Of a DNA stretch of 64,000 bases, positions 43,222 through 57,968 are shown piece after piece. The translations under genes were made by a program, and so were the position numbers. The stretch lies in NCBI RefSeq assembly GCF_009914755.1, contig NC_060928.1; one strand, 5' to 3'. This DNA is from the human T2T-CHM13v2.0 reference genome, Homo sapiens. The notes beneath the pieces were generated by a model. It was not told the origin of the DNA, did no database searches, and was given only the letters and a program-made list of their open reading frames with translations. Within the stretch, counting starts at the first letter, position 1, and the number at the start of each line of letters is the position of its first letter.

Positions 43222-44185
43222 TAAAAATCCAAATTTTCTATATTTGGTTTTCTGAAAAGAAAAAAAAAAGGCAGAAGAAGAGGCTACTATTAAATTATGA
43301 TGGGGGGTAGGTATTTCTTAGGGTTTCGCTACTGCTTCACATCAGTAGGGTTATCCAGTATAATTTTTTTTTCCTGTGATGTTGTCTGTGCTATAACACT
43401 GAGTATGCTAATAAACACCAAAAAATAAAAATAAAAATAAAAATAAAAATAAAACAGGATAAGAGAGTATGTGAGGTAGCCGGCACAGCACTTAGTACTT
43501 AGGGAGAGAAATATGTCAAGGCCCATCAACAAATTATCCAGATGTAAATTCCATGAGGGAAAAGCATTTAATATTTGTTTTAATATTATATTCCCTGGAA
43601 ACAGCACAGTACCTGGCACACAGTAGCTACTCAGTAAGTATTTGCAAAATGCATAATTTATAGGTACAAAAACAGATTCAGTTTCTTTTGATGTTGGGAT
43701 AGATGAAGCCTGAACCCTCTAAAGCGATCACAATAATAATCCCCAAAATGTTAAACAGCAAATTTAATATTAATTAAAAACAAAAATGTTTTGAACTCAG
43801 TGTTTCACAATATAAATTATTTAAATTAAAATATTATCTGTGTTTCTAAATTCCCTGAACACATACATTATGTCTTAGCCATTTTTTTTTTATTACTTGT
43901 ACTTGCAGCACTTTTGGTATATGGGACATTCAGATGCTTATAAAACAAATTAATGAATACCTCACAGTGCATTTTGGTGAATCAACTTCATTAATTTAAA
44001 AAAATAATCATTCCAAGCTAGAGAGAGCTCAAATAAAGTATTTCCAGCACAATATCTTAACCGCAGAAGTTAAAGTACCAATTTTTACAGTGCTTAAACA
44101 GTTACGGACCAAGGATCTAAAGCACAGGCACCTTAAATTGATCACTGGATCCTGAAACACAAGACTCTAATGCCTGCAGAGCTCA

Positions 44186-44716
<531 letters not shown>

Positions 44717-45569
44717 TTATGTAACCCAGTGGCTACAATATAATAAGAGAGATGGTAACAAAGAGAGATGGTAAAGTCCTGTTCAAATCAACTACACCCA
44801 AGATCAACTGACAGAGTGAGTGGGCTATAAGTTTGCATTAATTTAGGAAAAACTGGTCAATAGTGTCTAGAGCTCTGTATTGCCACTTATTTCCTTCGGA
44901 TCCTATCTCATATTAGTAATTATCCCAATAGTAATACTTAGTTTTTTTTAAAAAAAAACTATAAGTGTCCAATATTTCTAAAATCAAGATATTTGACATG
45001 AAGATTAAGACTTCAGATTAGACAGGATGAATAAGCTCCAGAGAACACACTATCTTCCTGGAATTTGATTTGGGTCTCAAGTCTTCCAATTCACGGACAA
45101 GCTATCTTTCTGTACTTATTTACATCTTAATTTTTCTTGGATATGTTTTGTAGTTTTCTGTGAATGGGTCTTTCACTAGATTTAATTCTTGATATTTTAT
45201 GTTTTTTCTTAACCTCACGAGGGTTATTTTTTATTCTATATTCCAGTCATTGGCAATATTTAGAAATGCATTAAATTTTTGTACAATGAATGACCTTGTC
45301 ATCCTGTAATTTTGTTACTTCACTTATTAGTTTGGGTATGGTTTTTTTAACTTTTATTTTGTTGTTTCTGTAGCAATGCTTTTGATGCAACTTAATTTCT
45401 CTTTGTGAACAATGCTGCATTATGATTTTTTGGCAGTTTTATTATGCTCATATGCCTCCCTGTTTATCCCATTTTAAAACTCTTACAGAAAAATGCCTTT
45501 GAAACTCTGGAATAATTTTTACTACTAAAAACTTCCTGTTGATTTTATGCCTTTAGCATCTCAAAATCT

Positions 45570-46345
45570 GCCAATATTTTAAAAATCTTCTCCACCATCA
45601 CCAATATCAGCACCCCTAGTTCAAGGAACCACCCCCTCCCAACTGGATGTCTGTATTAGCCTCAGGCTAGTTTCCTGCATTCATTCTTAATCTCTTTCAA
45701 ATTCAGTTTCTACAGTGTAGCTATAAGGATTATCTATGATGATTTTACATAAATGTTATAATTACATATTATTATGTATCAGTCCATACACACAAACTTG
45801 GGTCACCCCTTGCTCAGAACTCTTCAGTTGGCTTCCCTAGGCTCAAAAAATAAATCAAAACATCTACAAGGCCTTTTATGAAGCAGCTCTTGCCTCTTTC
45901 CTGTCATCACTTCTTGTCACTCCCAACACACCCTCCTTATGCCCTCTGTAGTGAGCGCACCATGCTCTCTGCTGTCTCAAATCCTTTGCACATGTTTCCA
46001 TGCCTAGAATTCTCTTTCCCTCCATCCTCACCTAGTTAACTTGTACACACACCTTGTAGATCTCAGCTTTAACAGCACTTTCTCAGGGGACATTGTGTTG
46101 ACACCCAGTCCTTCCTCCTCACCCCCAAATCTAAATGAGCTCCGTGCACTTTTCCTTTAGAACACTTATCACAGCATCACAGTTTTACTGTATACTTAAT
46201 TAAACAGGATTATTTAAGGGCTGTCTCTTCCCCCAGATTATAAGATCCATGACAAGAGAAACCTTCCCTATTATACTCACTGTTACCATTCCAGTGTTAT
46301 CACACAGCACACACTGGTGCTCAGTAAGTACTAACGGGGTGGAAT
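45570..46345 (+). mobile_element. L2 fragment
   Basis: L2 3' phrases (cagaactcttcagttggcttccc, cctttgcacatgtt, agattataagatccatga, ggtgctcagtaagta). Confidence 0.7.
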
Positions 46346-46489
46346 GCTGGATCCACTAATATTCTTATCTGTCATAGGATCATATAAAACCATTGCAACA
46401 GTTATAGATTTACTGAAGATACAACTCCACTACCTAGTAGGGCTCATGTTAAAAATAACATAAACATGACATTTAATAAATAGTTGTAT

Positions 46490-47078
46490 AGGAAAATACT
46501 TTGGCAGTTTCTCAAAAAGTTAAGCACAGTTACCACAGACCCAGAAATTCTACTACTAGGTGTATACCCAAGCAAACGGAAAACATATGTTCACACAAAA
46601 CTTGTATATGAATGTTCACTGAAACATTATTCATAATAGCCAAAGGGTAGAAACAACCCACATGTCTATCAACTGATGAATGGATAACAAAATGTGGTAT
46701 AGCCATTAAATGGAATGTTATTCTGCCATAAAAATAATTTAAGTGTGGATACAATGACATGAATGAATCTTGGAGATATGCTAAGTGAAAGAACCCAGAC
46801 ACAAAGGGCCACGTATTGTATGATCCCATGTACATAAGATGCCAAGAACAGACAAATCCATGGAGACAAAAGGTAGGTTAGTGATTGCAAGGGATTCAAG
46901 GAAGAAAGAAAGACTGACTGTTTACATGTATAGGGTTTCTTTTTGGATTAATGAAAATGTTCTAGAATTAAGGTTGTGGTGATCGGTGCATAACCTTGTG
47001 AATGCACTAAACACCCCTGAACTGTATCCTTCAACATGGTGAGTTATATGGTATGTGAACTATAACTGAATTAAAAAA
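46490..47078 (+). mobile_element. L1MB-type 3' end
   Basis: ttggcagtttctcaaaaagttaagcacagttacca...aaacaacccacatgtctatcaactgatgaatggata...gttctagaatta. Confidence 0.85.
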
Positions 47079-48039
47079 TAGCTACAGAAAAAGATGCCAA
47101 TGAACTATTTTAACATTTGCTTAAAATAGACATCTCAGTTTTATAAGTGACTAAACCAATTTTCAGTGCAAGCAGTTAGAAATGGTTATGTAACCCTCAG
47201 AGGCACTAACACAAACTGTTCTCTGGTATCAGCTCAGGGCCACTCCTTCCAGCTCTGTAATTTAATCTAGCCCTCCTCAACATGCTGTGACTTTACAGAT
47301 GTTTGTTAGTTCACATGTAAAAAATAGCCCTGATCCACTTTGTTGGGTGCCATTTAACACATGGGAAGTGTCACAACAGGCTTCTCAGATCCAACAGATT
47401 ATGCCAGAGAGTCTTCACTCAATAACGGATAGTGGAAGCCAGTGGCACTTACATGGAAAACCGCCTCCAAATCTGCTGCACTTCTGCCGTCCTCCTTCAA
47501 ATCTGCTTGACGCCTCCATCTTCTGTACGTGCTCATTTTCCCTCAACCTTGCTCTGATCAGTTTTCTCTCCACATTCAAACTTATTTACCTCCTTTCTCC
47601 AACCGACCTTTTGCGAATCTTTGTCTCCAGCCAAACAGTGCATTCTCCTCTCCACCCAAATGTTCTCTCTCAATTCATTATTGGAGAAATACTTAGAAAA
47701 ATGTGGCATACTGCCCAAATGTACACATCTAAGAAACTTTTAAATACATATTCAATGTTTTCTACCAAATGACAAAATCAATACATGTTTCCAGCAAGAC
47801 AGGTATGTATACAAGGTAAAAGCTGACATTCCTCTTCTCAAGGCCAGTTTCTCACAGTAAGGAGTACTAACTGATGAATCCTCGCACACCTTTCTCTAGA
47901 CAAACATGGACATTCTTGTTTTTTCTTTCCCTTTTAAAATTTCTCTGCCACTTGGTTTTCCACTCAACATGCCATAAATACTTTAATGAATAGCAGAGAT
48001 ATTTAACTCATTTTTGGAAAATACTCCATGGCACAGATG

Positions 48040-48570
48040 TGTCAATTACAACGGGTTGGATAATTAGGTGGACACACAAGACTTCACAGGATGTATTCAC
48101 AGAAGACTTTACTCAAGGCAAAGGATATGGTACAGCAGGAAAATGAAAGACCAGAAAAGCATCAGAGGCCTGAGAGACTGACAGGCATGGCTCCCCAGGA
48201 TCCCTTCTCTTTCACCCTCAACACGGGTGTTGAAGCTCCATGGTATGTATGTGAAATCTGAATTTCAGGAAAGCCCAGGCAAAAGTTTCCAGTGGCGTCT
48301 TTTCTACCCTCTAGTTGACTAGCCAAGGCAAACTGTGTAGCCAGTAAAACTAGTTAAGCCATCAATCTCTATATATGCTTAAACTGAGTAGAGAAGCTAG
48401 TCTTGGGTGGCTACAAGGGAGTTTCAAACCTTAAACAGCACATTATAAATCACCAGCTAGTCCGTCTCATCCTTGTCTTAGGCAGTGTTCAGCATCACAC
48501 TTCCAGGTGTCCTAGAGATAGGCACAGAGCTGTCCTTGCCCTGTGTGAGACAACTCAATTTTCCACAACA
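48040..48570. mobile_element. Probable old ERV LTR (MER21/MER77-like)
   Basis: TGT start, ...gtattcacagaagactttactcaaggcaaaggata..., ends in ACA; interrupts L1-like AT-rich sequence. Confidence 0.4.
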
Positions 48571-50148
48571 GCTGCATCATAAAGCATTCAACTATTCTCC
48601 CCCTGGTGCAAATTCTGACTTCTATTTTTTTCTACTACCACAGCAATGAAATATATTCACATGATTGTACCCTGTAAGAGAGAATGCCCCAGAGAACATT
48701 GCTGACTCCGGGGCATTTGAGTTTGTAATTTTATCAGATACAACCAGATACCTAAGAATCTACAGCACTCCATACTTTTACCAGCAATGTATAAATTTCC
48801 ACTGACTATAAACTGAGACAAGCACAAACTTATCCATTCCTTGAATTTTGTCAGTCTGATGAGTATTTGATATTTATTCTGAAGGCTGTAGTGGTCTGGA
48901 TTAATGAAAGTATAAATTACCTTTACATCCCTACACTGGGTTGGAATCCTAACTAAATAGAGTAACGCTTCTTTGAAAATATTACAGAACCTTGCTGTTC
49001 AACACTTGCTGCATGGGCCTGCTGCATCTGCAGTGCTGGTAGGCTCCCTAGAAATGAGGACGTACTTCTACCCCATCCCCCATTTATTGTGTTCTTGAAA
49101 TACAAAACCAGAATACAGAAATGAAGAAAGGAAATACACAAACTTGAGGCTAGTGTCTTCTTGGAATATAGATGAGTATACTCTGATAAAGTTAAAAATC
49201 AGCTCACAACATAAAAAAAAGTTTCCATACAAATCAAGACTTGAACACTGGCCAAGGAAACTAGTCAATCCTATAATTCATTGTTATCTTTTAGAACTGG
49301 TTCTTAAACACCCAGTCCTTAGAACAATGAAAATAAACACCACCACATGTATTATGCTGGTGACTGAATTAGCAATCTAGGTATTTTTAAATCATCAACC
49401 TCCTCTGACCCGGCACAAACCTAAGTTTAGAGAAAGCAAGAAACAATGCCCAGCCTGTGATGAGCATTTAGGGTTGTTGAGCCAAAAGTAACAGAGATGC
49501 TATTCTGATTCTACAGGTTTTTTTTTTTTTTTTTAATGTATTCATTTCAGTAGAGAATTAGGTAAACCTCACATTACACAGCCAAGGCCAATGTAATTTT
49601 GTACATTTAGAATGTGTTCAAGAAACCAGTCACAATGTAACTGGATTAGATTTCAACAAGGAGGTGACTGTGTTCCTCCCTACCTTCATTTAGGAAGATG
49701 ACATTCCTTCAATATATGGAAAGCGTTAAGAGCCTAGAGGAGATGATTAAAGAAGCCTGGTGAAGGGGAGTAGGAATAAGTTACGACAGGATTGTCAGAA
49801 TGGCTAGTGGTATGGTGCTTTGACAGCTCATTGTTTTAAATGCAAAACTCCTCTACCAGTTCCAACCAAACACACCTGTTATAGTTTTCTAACAGCTTAA
49901 TTAGTCTGACAGTCCTGCCATGGGAGAGCTCAGACTAAACAATTACCTCAAATGTAACTTGTTTTTATTCAGCAGGATACAAGGTAACAGCTTTGTTGTA
50001 ATAGGTTTCTTTTTTGAATGAAAACATTCTGTTAGAGAACATTCGGGATTCCTCAAAGGCCCTGGAGGAAGTGGCCAGTTTCTCAGGACCCAATCAAATA
50101 ATGCACAGGTGCAGGTGCTGACTTACACTCTAACATCAGCTTCTCTGA

Positions 50149-50544
<396 letters not shown>

Positions 50545-51059
50545 TATCATTTCTTAAGTGGGTAACAAGAGGCAAGTCATCCAAAAAGACAATGACACTA
50601 CTGTTGTCATAGAGGAATAGTAAAACCACAGAAAATGTAGTGTGCTCCAATTCCTCTGAGTCAGCATTTAAGAGGAATTTTAGGTCATCAAGGACTGTAG
50701 TATAGCTGAGACTATGGCTTTGACTGGGGCAAAGAAGGAAAGCCAATATGCCAACATTAAAATATTATTTTATTCACTATATAGACTCTTACTTCCAAAG
50801 ACAACTTTAAGGCAAAAGCCTCAGTGTGGCACAAACTGACATGGCACAGGAAGAGTCTCTTGTATAAGCTTGCCTATAAAGGTTACATTAAACCACCAGG
50901 GGCTTGGCTGAACCATTAGTGTCCACTGACACAAAAGACAATGGAAACTTCCTGGATTCCTCTTTCAATCATGTAATACACATAATAATACATATATTGA
51001 TGTCAAATTGGTTGATACTACTTCTATCAACTCATTTATACAACCTTTAAATGAGTTGT

Positions 51060-51220
51060 CCTAAAAGCACGACCCCCTCACCAGCAGTGTCACTGAGAGG
51101 TTAAAACTGAAACTCTGGGGCCCCACTCCAGGCCTACAGAAACTCTAGGTGTGAGTCCCAGCAATCTGTGTTTTAACAAATGCTCCAGGGGATTCTGATG
51201 CCAAATTTGAGAACCAATGG
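51060..51220. mobile_element. MER5A (hAT-Charlie) remnant
   Basis: ggccccactccaggccta...cccagcaatctgtgttttaacaa...ggggattctgatgc...tttgagaaccaatg. Confidence 0.75.
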
Positions 51221-51339
51221 CTTATTAAACATCAATATAAGTGGCACGATGTGATCGGAGCACAAAGACCAGCAATACCCTATTCTCGAAATGCTTTCCC
51301 TTTCTCCTGCTCACAGTCATGAGTCCCTCACTTTTTCCT

Positions 51340-52200
51340 CTGCTTAATTGAGAAATTCCTTGAAAGAAAAATCTCCCTCCACTGCCTCACCCATCAGTCA
51401 TTCCACAACTCCTTGCGATCTGGCTTCAGTTTTCAGAGCTCCACGACTACTCTCTAGTTAAGAAAAATGAACAACGGCTACTTCTTTTAAATGCTGGATT
51501 TAGTGGGTGTCTCAGTCCTGGTCTTTTGATTTGGCAGCACTTGGTATTTGACTGGGTTTCTCTCCATTGCCAGGTCCAGTTGAATCTATCCACTGTGTGC
51601 TTTCCTTTGTCTTCTACTTGACACAACCTGTCCCCCTCCTTAATAAGAAAATCAATCTCTCTGTGCCTCTCCTTGCCACCTCTCCATACAGCTGTCAAAT
51701 TCTTTCAAAAGCACAAGTGGAAGCCTATCCATACTTTTCAGAATTCCATCCAAGTTCCTCACCCTGGTTTTCAAAAGACTCCGAAAAATGACCCTAACTT
51801 GCCTCCCTGTCCCTGTCCCTCATTGTTTCATGACATGGATTCTATGCCCTGGCCAAAACAGACTATTTGCTATTTCCAGAGTACATCTCATGTCTTCCCA
51901 CTTCCACAGTAATGCTCATATTAGTCCTTTCACCCTGCATCACTCACAGTTACTACCCTGATATCTGCTTACCAAAGTTCCACTCTTACTTCATGAACCC
52001 CTCAAATGGCATTTTGGAATCCCTACATCTCTCATTTGGCCCTTAATTTTTTTTTTTTTTTTACCTTGAATTATATCAGTCTGCATCTTATCTTCCCGAC
52101 AAGATTATAATTTCCTGTAGGACAAGTATGATTTCTCTTTGCATTTTCTACACAGGGTCCTACACAAGAAAGATGTTCAATAAAGACTTTCTGAAGTAAA
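51340..52200 (+). mobile_element. L2 fragment
   Basis: caactccttgcgatctggcttc...agattataatttcctgtaggacaag...gttcaataaagactttctgaa. Confidence 0.65.
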
Positions 52201-55200
52201 ATAACAAATGTTCTAACTTTGAATCACACCCATTTTTCCCAGAAAATATGTTAATATAACTTATTTGGGTTTGGCAAAAACAGGAGAGAGAAAAATTCCC
52301 ATGAAAGCAGACTACCTGGTTTAAATTTAAAAATAAAAGACAATGTGAGTGGAGTATGCACATACACGAATAAAGCACAGAGCAAAGTCATAAAGCCAGC
52401 CATAAAATCAGTCCTCTCACTTTAACCATCTTCCCAAATTTCCTCAATGGGTTTTGCTCCTTTGTGTGCAAAAAAAAAAAAAAAAGTGAAAGACAACCTG
52501 GAGCTGTCTTTCCCCACAAATATCTCCTCTCCATCCAGAGCTACTGCTGAAGACATCTAACCAGTTCAATGGTTAGATTTTAGTATTTGCATAATACTCA
52601 GATCTTTGTGACAATCTGAAAATATTATAAAGCTTATAGATGTCTGAAATTACTTAGGCCATAAATATGCTTAATTTTAAGTCCCTAGGATCACTGAAAC
52701 GCTACTTTCTAAAAACCATTTATAGGTAAGCCAACATACACGTGGCAGAATATATGTTCAGGTCTACCGAACAGAGCAGATGTGGGGGTACCTCCAGAGA
52801 GACAAAAAGGGAGCAACACTCTCTTTTTCAGCAGGCAAGAAAGGTGTTGCTATTTTAAGTCCCTTAGCATAATACATCTCTTTGAACAGCACTGAAATGA
52901 ATTGAACCAGATGAACTCCGCCTTGTTGTTAGTAGGTCATTTCATGCTTAACAACCCGCAACACATTCAATCCACATCAACTCAACACCTTTTTCACAAA
53001 GGACTTTAAAGCTGAAATGGTTTCCAGTGGGAGATAAGCAACTATGCGCCCTGCAGGGAAGTAGTCTTGTTAGTGGCTATCAGCTGTCACTCACTCAACT
53101 CCATTCAGAAAAGGCTGATTGATGTAGCTCTGGGGAAGGAAGATATAGGTGAATATGAGTCGATTTATTATTTTTAGCTATGTGTCTAGTTTAAAAGAAT
53201 TTCATGTGACCCTTTCTAAATAATCAGAAAACTGCTTTATTACTTATTCTAATGCTTAGTATCATAATAAAATAGGGTACGATATTAAACAATTTAGCCT
53301 TCATTTAACTATAGCATCAAACCAGTTGATCAATGGGCTGCTAAGGATCGCAGCTCTATCTCCCACACATTCTCATATGCAGAATGTATACAGACCATCG
53401 TCCAGGGAATACACCTGGGGCTTTAAAAAGCAAATTTACTCATTAGGAAGCATTTACAAATTTTCCCAAATACCTTAGTTTGCACCTGAACTCCATCCAT
53501 CCTTTCCCAGGCCCCCATGTTGTGATTTTAGATGAAGTTGTCATTCCACTTGAAATATTGACAAGCTAGCCATCATGGCATTTCATAAAAAACGACAGCA
53601 TATTTTTACCAGTTAAAATAAAAACTAGCTCAATCACCACAATAAATTCATATGGGGACTGGCTTCAATGTGCATATTAGAATAACAATTATAAATTTGT
53701 AATTTATAAATTTCTGCAAAGATATATTTGGCAGAACAACTCATCTCAGAGAAAACAATGAGAGATGGCCTCTTGTGTGTGTAGACACATGGAGGAGGCT
53801 GTGCCAAAATGTGAGTTCAAATACTGAGGGAAGAGATCAGAGGAAATGAAAGTAAGGTTAGATACAAGGAAAATGAGCGCATTCTGAACAGGGCAGTGCT
53901 TTGAGTAATGAAAGGGATCAGTAGACAAACTATTGTATTGACAGAAGGTGAAGCAAGGGTTAAATGATAATATAATGACTTTGACAGAGAAGATAAAGTG
54001 GCAAGAACTTCTGCCATATTTGGATTTTATCAGTGACTGTGAAAGTCTGGGACACAGTGTTATGAAGATACTGCTTTTCATCTTATTCGCACTCCAGATA
54101 ATGAATTTTCAGGAAGGCTTCTTTTCATTTCCAGTCTTTCTTCTTCCTTTATTATGTATACTGAAGTATTTATCTGGAGAGTGGTTCATTTACTCGTTCA
54201 TTTAACATGCACACAGAGAGCACCTACTAAGACAGGATCCTGGTCTGGGAGCTATTGGGAACACAAAGCTGAGTAAGAGTTGGACCTTCCCTCTGTAGTG
54301 TTCCTATCTAGTATGCACAAACCATCACACAACAAAAACACTGGAGCAAAGAGAAGCAGCCACAGTGCTCTGGGTGGAGTGGACCATAAAACTCATCAAG
54401 ACTCACTCACATCCCTGGACTTCTGAGCGTCAACCTACTCTGTCTTCTCTCTGCAGCTAGGTTGTTGGAAAACAGTACACAATTTTATATTCATCAGGTC
54501 ACTGAATCATCAACCAAACCAGCTTATATATCTCTGGGGCAAGGCTTGTTTCCAGAAGTGGTGTTGACAACTTTTAGGTTCTGAGTTAGGTCTCAGCTCC
54601 ATAATTCGATCCCTGATTGAGTTAACTTATCAGTGAAAACAGGGCATCCAATAAGCACCAGTTTTCAGTTAAATGGTTGAAAATGTTGGAAATAAAAAGA
54701 CAAGTTTATATTTCTGAAGTTGCTAAGGAATGAGAGTGTTACCCTCTGATGCCTCACATAAGGAGAGAAAATATTCATTCCTCTGTGAATATAAAAGGGT
54801 TAACATTTGATTGAGAAAAAAATGTCTCTTACATATTATGTGGACTTGACAAACACTGACAAAATGAAAATGAGTTGGATGCTTCAGATGTCCATCAAAA
54901 ATTAATTACCTGTCAAAAATACTCCTCCCTCCCCACTCCTATACACCCACTTCTGCCTCAATTCAGAAAAGCAAATTGAATTTCATTCTGGCCTAATAAC
55001 AGATGGCTTTCATGTTAAGCAATCTGAATTATCTGACAGCAAACAGTATCCTACTCGAACATTTTTGTTATCTCCTATCAACTGCCAAACCAAGAAGACC
55101 AATACTCAAAGGCAGCAAAGGGGAAAACAAAAATATACTATTCTCTTAGGAAACAAATTCAACTACCAACATAAAAGCCATAATTTCTTGGATATGGGAC

Positions 55201-55222
55201 TTATAAGATCTGAAAGAAAGTA

Positions 55223-55857
<635 letters not shown>

Positions 55858-57922
55858 TTGACTGAAATGGCTTTTATAGCTAAGCCCTAATATTTCATTT
55901 TTGAATTGAGTTTTATATATATTTATTATAGAAGCTTTTCCTCTCACTTGCCTATTCTCATATTTAGCCATAGGGCCAATCCTGTTATCTATGAAGGGGA
56001 CTCATGAACCAAGATGGATAGTCAAGAAATAAAATTTTATCTGAATGGTAGGCAAGGAATTTTTTTTTTGGAGGTAAGTACGTACCCAGAAGGGTGGAGC
56101 ACCTGTGTGGTAGCCCAAAATCATCATAGCTATGGTGACCACACCTCTACTGTACTATGTCAACTTCTTGAGCCAAGGCTTGAAAATCAATAATTGCCAG
56201 TCACTGAACATAGGAGCCCTCTGCTACAAGATACATTATGGGTTGGAAAAGCATTTATGTACTTCTGTTTCAAAAGCTGTTACTGAATATTCTGAGCAAT
56301 ACGGCAACAAATGCAAAAACTGCATATTGCCAAAAATACCAGGCTTGAAACGTCTGGATTTTTTCCCTTTCAATTCCTGTGTTTGTCCCTTCACAACTAA
56401 ACTCCTGGAGTAGCTCTGTCCCAGGCTTCTAACAGTCCCTTACTCCTGTTCATTCTGCCTTCCATCTTTAACCCACATGTTCGGCCTGTCTCGTTTTGGC
56501 TCATAAACCTTCAACAGCGACTCAATATCCACAAGAAATATTGGAATCCCCTTGGCTTAGCCTTCAAGACCCTATACAATTCAACCTCAGCCTACCTTTT
56601 AAATCATGATTTTGTTTCCCTCTGATGTGAATCTCCTTTCTGCGCCTGGCAGTCTAATAATGGTTCAGCAAAGGAGTCCTACAGTCTTATTTTCCTGAAA
56701 AACCCCTCTTCCTCCTTTCCCACTCAACCCACACATAAAAATATCTTCTCCATTCCTCTCTGTTCATCCAATGTCCTCCTAAAATTCAAGGTCTAGCTCA
56801 AGATACACCACAGTTTTCTCTCCTTACCAATTTTTATAGCACTTGACATAGAAACTATGATTTGCCACAAAAATCCGAAGATAATTGAGATCATGTAGTC
56901 CAAATCCTTCATCTTCCACACAGATCATCTCTTTGTACTTTTACATGTTTTTACATGTACCTATTTCAACAAATATGTTATAAGCTCTTTATAAGTTGTA
57001 AGTTGAAATTCCCGTCTTATACTTTCTTATATGTTCCATAATAAAATACTCTCAGTAAATATTTTGCAAATTTATTAATTAGTAAATATATCATCCTTAA
57101 ATGTATTAAAAATTGGCATATAATGCCTATTGTGGGAGGTGGTGAAAAAGAAGCAGGGAATTTTGACAGGACTCCATAGAAATATCAGCAGTATAAAAAT
57201 AGTCTTCCTAAATACCAGATAATGTTGGCAGACATCACTTATCCTCACCACATCAGAGAACTTCAGAGATGAGATTCTCAGATGGGGCAAATTCATTCAG
57301 AGATGAGCTAAGATGTCTGTTTCTCACATTCCTGGGCATTAAAAAAAAAAAATCTTAGAGCATGATGGCGAATTTGCTTGTATTGAAGATCATTTTGCTT
57401 TTGGCTGTATCAAAATGAGCCCCATCCAAAAAGAGCTGTGCCAAAATGCCATGCACTGTACAGAAGCAGGCCGGGTTGTATTTGTTTTATTTCTGGAGTG
57501 TCTGTCATCTGCATGTATAACTCAGTGTTTCCAAAATGCTTTTCACTCAAGTGACATCACATGTGATTATTTTCTATACATCTTTTCTAGAATAACATCT
57601 GTAGATTACAAACAAAATAAATTTATAATATTTAACACTGTCAAAACAACTGCAGACTTTATGGACTGTATTTGAGAGACTATTGCTATGAAGCACTTAA
57701 ATATATTTAAAATGTTGGCTTTCAAAAGTATTATCACTATAAATCACTTTAAAGTGAGTTTAAGTGTCATCCTAACAAATGCCACAAAGCAAAAATCAAT
57801 CTACCCCAAAACAAAAACTTGAGATGCACACTATTTGCAATTGAATTATATGTAATTGAAGTGTTTGTATATACTACAAGTAGGTTTGACAAATATGAGA
57901 AAAAAGCATGTAAAATTCCTAC

Positions 57923-57968
57923 CTTGCGTTTGTTTCTTGTTCACTGCATTATCAGCTTTATGTCGTTT
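57923..57968 (-). CDS. ATP8A1: ATP8A1 exon 5 (46 nt): KRHKADNAVNKKQTQ(V)
   Basis: ctttag|AAACGACAT...ACGCAAG|gtagga; phase 0 to 1. Confidence 0.96.

Noticed and set aside
44745-44774. Tandem AAGAGAGATGGTAA duplication
   Set aside because: It is an ordinary 16-bp slippage duplication with two copies and is not an array.
47287-47772. 161-aa plus-strand ORF
   Set aside because: It has a GTG start, low-complexity Leu/Ser/Phe bias from the pyrimidine-rich strand, and no family motif.
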